Shown here: positions 52,517 through 63,371 of the stretch, one piece after another
How positions within the stretch are numbered: the stretch's first letter is position 1
Layout of the letters: every line of letters begins with the position of its first letter
The notes under the pieces: generated by a model
The model's input: the letters and a program-made list of their open reading frames with translations, nothing else
What the model was told of the DNA's origin: nothing
Databases searched by the model: none
Position numbers and translations under genes: made by a program
From: a bacterium
Lineage (GTDB): Bacteria; Hinthialibacterota; Hinthialibacteria; Hinthialibacterales; Hinthialibacteraceae
Direction of reading: 5' to 3'
DNA length: 64,000 nucleotides
NCBI GenBank assembly: GCA_963663405.2
Contig: CAXXSM010000118.1
Span: 64,001-128,000 of the forward strand

Positions 52517-53050
52517 TGTTCTTCTTCCTCCAAAAATTGAATGGCGCTGAATCGGAGACTCAACGTTAGCCGGTTGTCATTATCGTTGCGTGTAATGAGT
52601 TGACATTGATCTATTTTCACCGGAGAATCATCGGTTTCGAGTTCATATAAAAAACCGTTGAATCTGTGAAAGTTCCCCTTGAACAACGGCTGAAGATTCC
52701 AGGGTTCTATAACTCTCCTCATATTGTTTCCAATTCGGTTTAAACGAGGATTGCTTTACTCCGCTGTCAGTCACCCAGCGATCCATGCCTTTGACAATCT
52801 GATTCTGCGCCTGAGCGATGTCATCGGGCAATGCGTCCCGTTGCATAATCCGCCATGTTTTCCGCAAGGATCGTTCGCGGTTCAACAAGCGCTGGCCATT
52901 CTCGATTATGTCTTGCAGGTTTGTGATCTTTTCCGCTCTCGTATTCCAAAGATCGATCAGTGGAGTGAGAACAAGCCTGTCCCCTGCGAAGGCCGCGACG
53001 CAAATCACTGCGGTTAAGATCAAGATTCGTTCCCGTTGTTTTGGTGTCAT
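52513..53050 (-). CDS. GspM/PilO-like assembly protein (one apparent frameshift at the T6 run near 52650)
   Basis: MTPKQRERILIL TM start, coiled coil, then G.LSQIQRF|LYELE...VKID. Confidence 0.7.
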
Positions 53051-53056
53051 GATGTT

Positions 53057-54523
53057 CTACTTTCGCCTCTCGACTTCGCTTCGATCAACTATCCCTTCGT
53101 CACGACAAAATAAAAAGTGAACTGCAACGGAGATTCTCCCTCCGTTTGCCGGATTTGAAGATCTTGGACTTGTTCATTTTCATTCAAGCGATCCATAACC
53201 TCCAACAAGGCTTGGTTATCCTGCGCGAATCCGGAACACGAGACGTTGACATTATTCTCCACTTCAATGGATTGCGCCCAGGATAGATCCTTCCTCAGGA
53301 AACGCCTCGGTCAGAATCTGAAGAATCGTCAAACTCGGTACCGAGGTATCAAACCAGGGACGAAATTGTTTCACTTGTTCTTGGATGGCTTCCACTTCTG
53401 TCACTCGATCGGCCATCGCGTCCCATTCCGATTCTAAGCAGGAAAGCCGATACGATTGATAAAGAAATATGGAAGCAGCGACGAGAATGACGGCGGCGGC
53501 GGCGCTGCCCCCACGAGACGGAGGCCTTGATTCAACCCAAATTGGCGATAAACGCTTGAACCGTACTCACACGGGGAGGAAGAAATTCAAAAACCGTTGA
53601 AGTTATCATATAAAATACGAGACAGGGCGCCTAAAATCGGACTATAACCGTTCCAGGACCGCGCTGACACGGGAAATCCCCCGCATCCGAAAGAGAAGAC
53701 ATCCCGGCGCGCACATCCAACCCCAGTCGTGTCCAAGGGAGCCGACATGATATCCGTCATGGATTCAATCCACTGCGCCGGTCCCGTCAGCCGCACTTCC
53801 CGGATAGAAGACCGGAATTCTTCCGTTAACTGCCCCAGAGCGTAATCCGGATTTCCCGCAGTAAATGACGGGCTTCCTGCTCCATGGATCCAGTCTGTTC
53901 ATCCGAATCAATTGCGATGCTGCCGCATGCTGGCGATTCCGCCACCCGTCTGAACATAACAATCGATCCCCGCCGCGCTTTTTTGACAGACGATCATTCC
54001 ATGATGGGGATCGGAATCACGCCCGGGGGGATACGCCGTCGTGATACTGACACAGTTTTCGTCCAATCGATTGCATGGCGGTTTCGATGATCTTCAAATA
54101 GCTCAACGGAACCGCGGCCACAGTCGCATATTCTTTTCCTTCCACCGACCGGTAGCGGGAAAGCGAAATTGACAGTTCACTCGGTGGATAGGGAAATTCC
54201 CGTTCCGAATGCAATTTAATATAATCGTCCAAATCATCGCCGGATAAATCGGGAAGTTCGATTTGATACGATAAAACCCATTGAGTTGGAATACAGATCA
54301 CACATTGCTTCTCCCGGATTCCGGCTTCATCCAGAGCGTTCCGGATCGATTGCCCCAAAAGAATTGGATCCGCGGCCAGGGGATCAAAGGACAATTCTTG
54401 ATGAAAGTCTTTTTGAACTTGAAATCCTTTTCCATTCCGGCTGGCCACGATGCCGTGCATTTGGTCCCGGGTCAAAGAAATCCCCAGGATAGATTTCAAT
54501 TTCGTGGATGTTCCGGATTTCAT
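53057..54523 (-). pseudogene. GspL/PilM-PilN-like assembly protein with several apparent frameshifts
   Basis: Actin-like N-terminus (SILGISLT...CVICIP...LPDL...EREFPY). PilN-like C-terminal fragments (VSCSGFAQDNQALL, LQFTF) lie in shifted frames. Position fits between gspK and gspM. Confidence 0.6.
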
Positions 54524-55884
54524 TTATAGGGCTCCTTTAAAAGGGCAAGGTTCTGGCGTATCGTTGGATCCAGAGCCCATCCCAATGCGCTATGATCCCG
54601 CCGGTAGCGGATCGCAGGTTCGTCTTCACTGACATCAATAACGAAAAGAGTGCGGCGGTATCCTTTGCCATTACGGCCAACTGCGGCCACATCCAGTGAG
54701 TATTGATACGTGCGGGAAGTCAGATACGGTCCGGCTTCCTGCCAATTTTCTTCCTCCAACACTTCGGTCACCCAAGCGATGGTGTTTTCAATCCCGCTAT
54801 GGCTTTGCCTGTACGCGACCAGCGATTGAGCCTGATCTTCATCAATACCCGGTATACAGGCTAACACTTGAGCGCAGGCTGTATTGACATTAATCAAACC
54901 TTCTAGATAGTCTTCATCGGATACGGTGATAGCGTCTTCGATTTTAGCGAATTCTTCCACTGTCATCCCGCTTTGGGAGAAATAATCCAGCAAACTATCG
55001 TATTCTTCCTGATTGCCGGATGAGCCTCCGATTTCACTGGCGCGATCTTCCCCCAGTTCCTCTTCAAGAAGTTCGGTAAGAGATTCTAAAGACTCTTCAT
55101 CATTCAAGTTAATCCGGTCCGACCCATCACTTTGCTTATTCGGCTCCCGGCTGTAGATCGTTACATATTCCAAAATGCCCGGATCGAGAATTCCATTCTG
55201 ATTATCGTTAGGATACGTTGCTGAACCGTCATTTTCCGCGACATCCAACAGCCCATTCAAATTGGTGTCTTCTCCATACAGATCTTCAATAACCGCCCCG
55301 TAAACCCAATGCAGTTCAAAAATAGATTCAAAGGGAGCGTTTTTGCACCTATAGGGGTAGGAACCAGTGAGGTAGGAGTCCACTTCAGCGCCATCAGTGG
55401 AAACTTCGTCATCTTCATCACGCCAGTCAATAATGGCGGCGGCAAACTCGGTCGTCATACCGGGGAGCGCTTCAAGCATCTCTTGTGTGGCTGTATTCAG
55501 ATTTAAGCGGGAGGATTCATCAATTAGATTGTAGACTTGCGTTAAACTGGGATTGCTATTGGGATCTCTCCCCAGCAACCAGACATAAGACTCACCAATT
55601 GAGATTTCCTGAGCCTGATACGAATCGCTTTCGGGATACACACCCGGCTCATCCGCATCGGCTAGAATTTTCATGATATAACGGGGAATCGATTCGATCG
55701 CCTGCGCCGCCTGATGTTCCGCCCAAATATTATCCGCCGCGCGGTACTCCATAATCATGGCGTGTCCAAATAATAAGGCGGTGGAGGTCAAGCCTATCGC
55801 AAGCCATAATACGACGATCAGAATCCCACCCCGGTTAAGTGGATTCGCTTGGTTGGAATAAAAAGTGTGGAGGTTTTTCTTCAT
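54520..55884 (-). CDS. gspK: Type II secretion minor pseudopilin GspK
   Basis: RGGILIVVLW, DESSRLNLNTA, AIIDWRDED, KNAPFESIFEL and INVNTA..VLACIPGI motifs. Confidence 0.88.
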   Translation of the reverse strand: MKKNLHTFYSNQANPLNRGGILIVVLWLAIGLTSTALLFGHAMIMEYRAADNIWAEHQAAQAIESIPRYIMKILADADEPGVYPESDSYQAQEISIGESYVWLLGRDPNSNPSLTQVYNLIDESSRLNLNTATQEMLEALPGMTTEFAAAIIDWRDEDDEVSTDGAEVDSYLTGSYPYRCKNAPFESIFELHWVYGAVIEDLYGEDTNLNGLLDVAENDGSATYPNDNQNGILDPGILEYVTIYSREPNKQSDGSDRINLNDEESLESLTELLEEELGEDRASEIGGSSGNQEEYDSLLDYFSQSGMTVEEFAKIEDAITVSDEDYLEGLINVNTACAQVLACIPGIDEDQAQSLVAYRQSHSGIENTIAWVTEVLEEENWQEAGPYLTSRTYQYSLDVAAVGRNGKGYRRTLFVIDVSEDEPAIRYRRDHSALGWALDPTIRQNLALLKEPYK

Positions 55885-56745
55885 TGCCGCTGCCCTCCGC
55901 TCTGCTGTCCGCCATTCTGCTGCCCACCCGTTTGATCCCCTTGCCCTCCATCACCGGTTTGGGAGTCTCCTTCTTCACTCGTCGCTTGATCCGTATCCGT
56001 CTCTCCAGTAGATTCTTCACTCTCTACAGCGACGCAGACAATGGGGACCGTGCATTCCAAAACTAATTCATCTCGCAACGCGTTTTTTCTGATAACGTGT
56101 ATCCTCGGATTCGCCGAACCGGGTTTTAGGAACCGATTGAATAAGATACATGCGAACAGCGATGGGTAACGGAGGATCCTGAGTTTCGGAATCCCAACTG
56201 TCATACCAGGTTTCACCATCATAATAGGTGAATTGAACGGATTCGACATTCGACAGCAGTGGAACCATTTCCGGAAGTTCTTCGGTGGAAGAGAGAAGAT
56301 TGCGGTAAACGCTCCGGACCAAAGCATATCCTTGCTGACGTAAAGGTTCATCTGGATAGAAATCTTTTGGTTCTATTAAAGAATATTCAATTTTCTGAAT
56401 TTCCCCCCAGGGAGTTCCATATTGAGGAAGGCCCGTGGTAGTATGAAACACGACGGAGTCTCTCCGGAGTTTAAGGTTCCCCCCTTTTTCACCCAAAAAG
56501 GATCCAGTAATCACATCACTGGGAGCGGTGATATTGATCAAATCGCACTTGATCAGACTCATCGCGTATGTCTGGTCCTGTCGGATTCGCACGGAATATT
56601 CCGCTTTTTCACGTAGATTGATCGCATGGCCAATCAATGAATGCACAGCCAGAAGAAGCACGGAAAACATAGCCGTAGCCATCAGCACCTCAATGAGGGT
56701 AAAGGCGCGCAGGGAAGAGTGTATGGAAATGTAGTTTTTCTTCAT
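55881..56745 (-). CDS. gspJ: Type II secretion minor pseudopilin GspJ (one apparent frameshift at the A6 run near 56085)
   Basis: AFTLIEVLMA, F.YYDGETWYDSWDS and LPIAVRM motifs. Removing one A extends the ORF to the stop that overlaps the gspK ATG. Confidence 0.78.
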
Positions 56746-57042
56746 GTTATTTGGCTATTTCCAATTATCGCTTCTTCAAAAACATGATTCTTTCTTATTA
56801 TAGAACTCCTAAACTTACTCCAATATTGCATGCTATGTAAGTTTTTTTTATCATTTCATAATGTAAGAATTCTCATGGATGAATATGTAACTATAATAGG
56901 AGCCAAGGGCAATAAATAACGCATAATCCGCGATAAAACTCTTATTTACCTTTGCGATTGTTTACGAATCGATAAGTAAGTGTAATCGTTCTCATTCAGT
57001 CAAGACACAATTTGTGTTCTTACCAAACTAACCCAGTCATAA

Positions 57043-57444
57043 CTATTCAGAATCATCAACAACAGTACTCAGATGTACGTTATACTCATGGTCCTGGGTT
57101 TGAAAATAGACAACCATTGTCAAGTGAAGCATCGATTCTTCCATCCAAGGCTCTTCGTAAAGGCGCCAACGGTAGCCCTCCCACGGTTCACTAAACTCAC
57201 CTGACCGCGCGCCATCCTCCCAGGATTCGGTGACGATCAGTTCGTTCAACATCCGATCGGCCAGATACACCGCGTCGATTTTCCGCTGCGCCAGGATCGA
57301 AGCCCGGTTGGCCAACGAGATTCCTTGCAACGCTGTGGGAATCACCAGAGCGATAAACAACATGGCGGTCAGTAATTCAGCGAAGGTAAAACCAGCCTCG
57401 CTCTTCACACTAGTAGGTACGAACGTATAAACGTCCGGATTCAT
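57043..57444 (-). CDS. gspI: Type II secretion minor pseudopilin GspI-like
   Basis: AGFTFAELLTAMLFIA class III signal, SGEF and YRW motifs. Confidence 0.72.
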   Translation of the reverse strand: MNPDVYTFVPTSVKSEAGFTFAELLTAMLFIALVIPTALQGISLANRASILAQRKIDAVYLADRMLNELIVTESWEDGARSGEFSEPWEGYRWRLYEEPWMEESMLHLTMVVYFQTQDHEYNVHLSTVVDDSE

Positions 57445-57955
57445 TGTCGTAAACCTCAAAGGTAACTCCATATCTAGCCCGCATAATGATAATCGGTTCC
57501 TCATTCTCGCGGGTAATATAGAGCGCCTCCAATTCGTTCTGCTCGATCGTGCCATCCGGTTTGAACTCAATCTTCACATACCCTTGATCCGCGGCGCTGA
57601 TCGGCGTGAATTCAAAACGAACATCATCATCCAGAGTAAAGAGCATTGGAATGAACGTATCCGTTTCATAGCCTTCCGCTGGATTTAGACCGTAATACGG
57701 TTGATCCGCGTCGATCCATAAGGTCATCGGAATCGACATCGATATGGCTTCACTGCGGGCATACCGCGTCAACGCTAAAAACCGGCGCGCCTCCTCTTGC
57801 GCCGACCGTCCCCGGAAAAACCGGGATAAAGACGGCATGGCGAGCGCGATCACAGCGGACAGCATCGCCATGACGACAATAATCTCGATCAGCGTAAATC
57901 CTCGAGTCGATGGAGGATGATTATCGCTTTTCCGTATTCCAATTTGTAATATCAT
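57410..57955 (-). CDS. gspH: Type II secretion minor pseudopilin GspH/FimT-like
   Basis: GFTLIEIIVVM, ARSEAI and F.PDG motifs. Confidence 0.78.
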   Translation of the reverse strand: MILQIGIRKSDNHPPSTRGFTLIEIIVVMAMLSAVIALAMPSLSRFFRGRSAQEEARRFLALTRYARSEAISMSIPMTLWIDADQPYYGLNPAEGYETDTFIPMLFTLDDDVRFEFTPISAADQGYVKIEFKPDGTIEQNELEALYITRENEEPIIIMRARYGVTFEVYDNESGRLYVRTY

Positions 57956-58370
57956 CGCCGCCACCTGTCCGGCCGTCCGGCCCCATGGACATCAGATCGA
58001 ATCCACGAACGTTGTTCTTGCCGGGGTATTCATAGATGTAGGGATTTTCCCAGGGATCCACAGGGATTTCATTCATATACGGACCGTGCCAATCCTTCGC
58101 GTTGGATGGCTGTTCGACCAAATCCTGAAGTCCATTGGAACCTTTAGGATAAAATCCATTGTCCACTTCAAACGCGTCCAGGACGATTTCGAAGTTGGAG
58201 ATTTGACTTTTCGCGGCGGTTATCTTGGCTTGTTCGGATCGGCCGGCGAACTTGGGAACCACAATCGCGGCCAGCGTAGCCAAGATAACGAGAACGAGCA
58301 GCATTTCCACCATCGTAAAACCGCCCTGCGGATTGCGGGGATGGATACTTTTTCTGGGGATGGATTTCAT
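57921..58370 (-). CDS. gspG: Type II secretion major pseudopilin GspG
   Basis: GFTMVEMLLVLVIL, F.VDNG.YP, W.GPY, DPWENPYIY.YPG and SMGPDG..GG.DDITNW motifs. Confidence 0.93.
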   Translation of the reverse strand: MKSIPRKSIHPRNPQGGFTMVEMLLVLVILATLAAIVVPKFAGRSEQAKITAAKSQISNFEIVLDAFEVDNGFYPKGSNGLQDLVEQPSNAKDWHGPYMNEIPVDPWENPYIYEYPGKNNVRGFDLMSMGPDGRTGGGDDITNWNTEKR

Positions 58371-58390
58371 GATATTTCCTCCGATGCGCA

Positions 58391-59641
58391 TTATTTGATA
58401 TAATCCTGAATCGTGAAAATCGGGATGACCATTCCAATAAATATAATCCCGATAAATCCTGCGATAAAAAACAGCATCAATGGTTCGGTTAGCGCCACAG
58501 CTGTGCGCAGGTTTCGATCCAGGTCCGTTTCTGTTTCATTGGCCAACCGGACCAGTTCCTGGTCTAGACGGCCGGTCTCTTCGGCCACTGAGACCATCTC
58601 CAGTACGGAACCGGGGAACAATTCGGGACAGCCCTTCAGACTCGTTGCCAGGGGATCCCCTTTCTTGACATTTTCTATCGAGTCTGAAACCGCTTCAAAC
58701 AGGATTTGATTGGGAATCGACTTCCGGGCCACATTCAATCCACGAATAAGCGGAACTCCTGAATTGAGCAGCGTTCCCAGCATCCGGCAGGAAACGGGCC
58801 ATCGCGAATTTCGCGGTTAACGGTCCCAGGACAGGAAGCCGCAATAAGAGAGTCTCATACACCCGCCGCCCCTTTTCGGACGTCAGCGCACGGTGCAGGA
58901 AAAAGACAAGCAATCCGATCCCAATCGCCACAAATAAGCCATATCCACGAATCCACTTGCTGATCCCTACAATGATCTTGTGTGATGAGTGGTAGTTCGG
59001 CGCCGAATCCCGCGAAGATCGTTTGAAATCGCGGGATAAAAAACACTAGCAGAAAAATCAACACCGATATGGCCAGCACTAGTAAAACCACCGGATAGAT
59101 TAACGCTGATATAACTTTCGAACGCAGTTCTTTTTCCCCTCCCTGAAAGTCAGCGATCTGACTCAGGACAACGATCCAAAAATCCACCGGTTTCCCCCGC
59201 CTGGACCATCGCCACGTAAACGCGAGGGAATGTACTGGGAAACCGGGCCATTGAATCCGCCAGTGAGGCGCCATCCACCACGGAATCATGAATTTCTTTC
59301 CAGCGCGCGGAGGCCGCAGGATTGGCGGTTTCTTTAACAAGGATCACAAGAGCGCGGCTCAAAGGAATTCCAGAAGCCAAAAGACTGGCTAGAAGCCGGG
59401 TAAAATTCTCCAGATCCTTAAATGAAATTCGATGTAAGGAAAACATACCGGATAAAGAGATCCCGGACTCCTGTTTTCTACTTGAGACTTCAGTAATGCG
59501 AATCGGTTTCAATCCTCGCGATTCCAGCTGGCTCAAGGCTTCCTGCCGGCCACGGGCATCGAGAAAACCTTCAGCCAGTTGTCCTCCGGCTTGCAGCGCG
59601 CGATACTGGAATCGTAAGGAGATTGTTTCGTTTTTACTCAT
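58391..59641 (-). pseudogene. gspF: Type II secretion inner-membrane protein GspF, in 3-4 frames here (possibly sequencing error)
   Basis: FTRLLASLLASGIPL, MVQAGETGG, SALIYP, LPLIT, LGTLLNSGVPL, EETGRLD and EPLML motifs spread over shifted ORFs. Confidence 0.88.
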
Positions 59642-59686
59642 GTCCAGCCATTCCTGTTAGTACGATTCATCCTGCAAAATCATCTG

Positions 59687-61357
59687 TTAACCTGTCACCA
59701 TTTCGTCCTTCGTCACTCGAAGAACTTCACCGACAGTCGTCACTCCCTCGACAACCAAACGCCATCCATCTTCGCTGAGGGATGACATCCCAGCCCGGCG
59801 CGCGGCGTTCCGGATCTCACCCGCGGAATGTTCCCGGAGAATCATTTCACGAATCTCCTGATTGATTCCCATCATCTCAAAGACCGCCCGGCGTCCATGA
59901 AAACCAGTAGAACGGCATAACTTACATCCAGCGCCTCGATAAACCGGCTGGTTGTGTGGAAGCCCCAGTTTTTCTTTAATGGATTGGGTTTTGTCACTCT
60001 GATCTTCCACTTTGCAATGAGGGCAAAGAACCCGCACCAATCGTTGGGCCATAACGGATTCGAGTGATGAAGCGACCAAGTAAGGTTCAATTCCCATATC
60101 GACGAGACGGGTGACCGCGCTAGGCGCATCGTTTGTATGGAGAGTGGAGAAAACCAAGTGTCCGGTCAGAGACGCCTGTACAGCGATCCGCGCGGTTTCC
60201 TCATCCCGGATTTCTCCAATCAGCACAATATCCGGGTCATGCCGAAGAATCGAACGCAATCCACGGGCAAACGTCAGTCCCGCTTTTTCGGAGACTTGGA
60301 TTTGATTGATTCCTCTGATCTGGTATTCAATGGGATCTTCAATCGTGATAATTTTACGTTCAGTGTCATTGATTTCGTTCAACGCCGCGTAAAGAGATGT
60401 GGTTTTCCCGCTTCCCGTTGGGCCCGTGACGAGTACGATGCCGTGTGGGAGAGTCAAAACTTGTTGAAAAATCTGTTCATCCCGTTCGGCCATGGCCAGT
60501 TGCTGAACATTCAATAAAGTGGAATCCTGCCGTAACAGACGCATGACCACCGCTTCACCATGCAGCATAGGGATAATCGATACACGGATATCCACTTCAC
60601 CGTTTCGAATCCGGATCTTGATTCGACCGTCTTGGGGAAGACGTTTTTCCGCAATATTCAAGTGGCTGAGGATTTTCACGCGTGAAACAATGGCGGGTTG
60701 ATAGCGCTTGATTTGAGCGGGAACAGGCACTTCCTGCAGAACGCCATCAATCCGGTACCGGATACGAAGTTCATCTTCGAACGGTTCAAGGTGAATATCC
60801 GTCGCCCGTAAGTCAATCGCGTCACTCAGCACCTGGTTCACAAAACGGATAATCGAAGCGTCTTCCGCCGCTTGATCGATATCCGTTTCCTCCAACATCC
60901 CTTCATCAACCACCTGGAAGGAAGCGTCTTCTTCCAAGGAATCGATCGTATCCGCTCCAACTCCCAGCCGTCTCTTCAGTTCCCGTTTGATAGACTCACT
61001 TGGCGCAAGAACCGGTTTGAGCCGCATACCGGTCATCGAGCGCAGCAAATCCAATCCACGAGGAGCGAAGAGACGGCTGGTCGCCACTTCGACATTCCCA
61101 TTCACCTGTCGAAGCGGAATTATTTCTTCTTTCAGCAAAATCCGGGCAGGAAAACGGGTCAAAAGCCGCCGGTCGAGTTCAATATCATCCAGCAAACTGA
61201 ACGATAGAGAATACTCCTCCGCCAGCCATTGCAATACATCTTCTTCGGTTTCAACACGGATTCTTTGATCGTTCATTAACAACTGCAATGATTCCGCGTC
61301 AACTGGAGAAAGTTGCTTTAATTCAGTCATGCGCTCAAGAAGTTCATTCATTTCCAA
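59687..61357 (-). CDS. gspE: Type II secretion ATPase GspE
   Basis: ATDIHLEP, EKRLPQDGR, GPTGSGKTT Walker A, TIEDPIEY, LRHDPD..LIGEIRD, TGHLVFSTLHTN and a CxxC..CxxC zinc motif. Confidence 0.95.
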   Translation of the reverse strand: MEMNELLERMTELKQLSPVDAESLQLLMNDQRIRVETEEDVLQWLAEEYSLSFSLLDDIELDRRLLTRFPARILLKEEIIPLRQVNGNVEVATSRLFAPRGLDLLRSMTGMRLKPVLAPSESIKRELKRRLGVGADTIDSLEEDASFQVVDEGMLEETDIDQAAEDASIIRFVNQVLSDAIDLRATDIHLEPFEDELRIRYRIDGVLQEVPVPAQIKRYQPAIVSRVKILSHLNIAEKRLPQDGRIKIRIRNGEVDIRVSIIPMLHGEAVVMRLLRQDSTLLNVQQLAMAERDEQIFQQVLTLPHGIVLVTGPTGSGKTTSLYAALNEINDTERKIITIEDPIEYQIRGINQIQVSEKAGLTFARGLRSILRHDPDIVLIGEIRDEETARIAVQASLTGHLVFSTLHTNDAPSAVTRLVDMGIEPYLVASSLESVMAQRLVRVLCPHCKVEDQSDKTQSIKEKLGLPHNQPVYRGAGCKLCRSTGFHGRRAVFEMMGINQEIREMILREHSAGEIRNAARRAGMSSLSEDGWRLVVEGVTTVGEVLRVTKDEMVTG

Positions 61358-61393
61358 ACCTGCCTTCGGGTTCCGGATTCATCCTTCATCTGT

Positions 61394-62026
61394 TTATTCC
61401 AAGGTTCCCATCATGACCAGCGTGGCTTCCTGCCGCACTGTAAGAATTTGACGAAGTTCATCCTGCGCTTTTTTCAGATCTTCCACTTTTTTCTTTTTGG
61501 CGTTCCGGTAAGCGGTCAGTTTTTCTTTGATATCCGAGGCGGATGTATCAGGCGAATCAAGCGCAGCCTGCAGCGCTTCGAGCTCGGGCATGGGTTCGGG
61601 ATTAAAACCGAACCGGCCACCACGATTTTGCCGATCACTGCGGTCACCCCGGTCTGCTCGATTCTGACGGTTTGCACGGCCTTGCCGGTCTTCCCCGCCT
61701 TGCCGGTCTGGTGGCGTCATTCCATTAGGCCGCATTCCACGCATTCCTCCAAAAAATCCACCTCCCCCCGCGGAGCGAGTCTCCCGCTGGAGTTCCCATA
61801 CTTTTTGGATCATCGGTTGAATGATTTTCCATTCATCATCGCTGGCGTCCATTTGTTCCTGCATGGCTGCCATCACCCGCTGGCGCATCTGTTCCGGATC
61901 AAAATTCCCTCGCGGACCACCATCCCCTCCCGGTCCACCACCTGGCGCCTGGGCCATAACTGTCATGCTCCCCGCACAAATGGAGAGTAATGCCGCTGTC
62001 AATACGAGTGTTCGAGCGTGTCGCAT
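61394..62026 (-). CDS. Periplasmic Gly/Arg-rich helical protein (Spy/CpxP/ZraP-like), first gene of the operon
   Basis: Signal peptide, low-complexity GGPG/GGMRG segments and C-terminal LRQILTVRQEA (LTxxQ-like). GGAGG RBS before the ATG at 62026. Confidence 0.65.
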   Translation of the reverse strand: MRHARTLVLTAALLSICAGSMTVMAQAPGGGPGGDGGPRGNFDPEQMRQRVMAAMQEQMDASDDEWKIIQPMIQKVWELQRETRSAGGGGFFGGMRGMRPNGMTPPDRQGGEDRQGRANRQNRADRGDRSDRQNRGGRFGFNPEPMPELEALQAALDSPDTSASDIKEKLTAYRNAKKKKVEDLKKAQDELRQILTVRQEATLVMMGTLE

Positions 62027-62093
62027 CTTTTTTCCTCCAAATATAAAATTGGGGAATAATATCCCCATACGTTAAATCCAATGAAAGAAATAC

Positions 62094-62110
62094 TGCATGA
62101 ATCATGCCAA
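62094..62110 (-). promoter_or_regulatory. Sigma54 (-24/-12) promoter of the T2SS operon
   Basis: The minus strand reads TTGGCATGATTCATGCA (GG-N10-GC), about 70 bp upstream of the first gene. Confidence 0.8.
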
Positions 62111-62273
62111 GTGTGGAACAGCTGGTTTGACGGCAAGGAGGAAGGTAAGCGAAATCAATTCAAGACATTGATGTTTTTCGTTTAATGCTTTAATTATTCG
62201 ATCATCAATGGAGCGCGGGTGTCCCGCCCGTGTAATTTTGAATATCCATTATACACAACACTCTGAGGGGACC

Positions 62274-62325
62274 TTGCGCATTTTTTTCTCAAAACTCTTG
62301 AATATGTTGCGCAAAAATTGCTCAA
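62274..62325. promoter_or_regulatory. Tandem enhancer (bEBP) sites
   Basis: TTGCGCA-N5-TTCTCAA at 62274-62292 and TTGCGCA-N5-TGCTCAA at 62307-62325, 33 bp apart. An IHF-like ATCAA-N4-TTG lies on the minus strand at 62161-62172. Confidence 0.65.
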
Positions 62326-62378
62326 GGTTAAAAGTCGTAAATCAAGTTACAACGGGAAAATCCAGCTAATCTCATCGC

Positions 62379-63371
62379 TTATAATTTGGGATAACCATTT
62401 GGATTGGCCCGGGCCCATTGCCAGGCGGATTGAATGATGGATCGCAGTTCGGGCTGTTTGGGAATCCACCCCAATCGGCTTCGGGCGCGTTCAGCCGAGG
62501 CGGTTAAACGAGCTGGATCACCAGAACGGCGGGGACATTCTTCGGTGGGGATTGGATGGCCCGTGACCTGCCGGGCGGTTTCTATCACTTCACGGACAGA
62601 ATACCCCTGACCGTTGCCCAAGTTACACGTCAGGCTTTCGTTACGGATGTAATCGAGCGCAAGCAGATGCGCTTCGGCCAAATCACTGACATGAATGTAA
62701 TCCCGCACACAGGATCCATCGGGCGTATCATAATCGGTTCCGAAAATAGCGATGCTGTCCCGCTTCCCCAAGGCGGCTTGCAGGATAATGGGGATCAAGT
62801 GGGTTTCAGGATGATGGTCTTCCCCGTTCATTTCCGTAGCGCCGGCGGCATTAAAATAGCGTAACGCGGCGTAGTGGATGCCATACGCCTCCTCAAAACT
62901 CTTCAGTAAATATTCAAACGCCAGTTTGGAACGTCCATACGGATTGACCGGCTCGGTTCGTGTGTCTTCTTGAATGGGAACTTCTTCTGGGTTGCCATAA
63001 ACGGCGGCGGTGGATGAAAAGACGATTCGATTCACATCCCATTTTCGCATAGCGTTGAGTAGATTCCGTCCACCTTCTAGATTGTTCTCGAAATATTTAT
63101 CCGGATCCTGCATCGATTCCCCCACAAGGCTGTAGGCGCCAAAGTGCATGACGGCGTCAATCGTATGACGCTGAAACACGTTTTCAATCGCTTCCGCGTT
63201 ACGGATATCGCATTCCTCGATCACTGCGCTGGGATGAACCGCCGCCCGATGCCCTTTCTCAAAATTATCGGCGACGATGACATGGGCTCCACGCTCGATC
63301 AGCGCGGCGGTATTGACGCTGCCAATATATCCTGCCCCTCCAACAAGCAGAACCGTTTCTTTTTGATTCAA
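62379..63371 (-). CDS. galE: UDP-glucose 4-epimerase
   Basis: GGAGYIGS, VGES, FSSTAAVYG, YGRSK, LRYFNAAGA, ETHLIP and TPDGSCVRDYIHV motifs. Confidence 0.96.
   Translation of the reverse strand: MNQKETVLLVGGAGYIGSVNTAALIERGAHVIVADNFEKGHRAAVHPSAVIEECDIRNAEAIENVFQRHTIDAVMHFGAYSLVGESMQDPDKYFENNLEGGRNLLNAMRKWDVNRIVFSSTAAVYGNPEEVPIQEDTRTEPVNPYGRSKLAFEYLLKSFEEAYGIHYAALRYFNAAGATEMNGEDHHPETHLIPIILQAALGKRDSIAIFGTDYDTPDGSCVRDYIHVSDLAEAHLLALDYIRNESLTCNLGNGQGYSVREVIETARQVTGHPIPTEECPRRSGDPARLTASAERARSRLGWIPKQPELRSIIQSAWQWARANPNGYPKL

Noticed and set aside
62211-62233. Hairpin GCGGGTGTCCCGC as a terminator
   Set aside because: Short, with no U-tract. More likely an isolated REP-like remnant.
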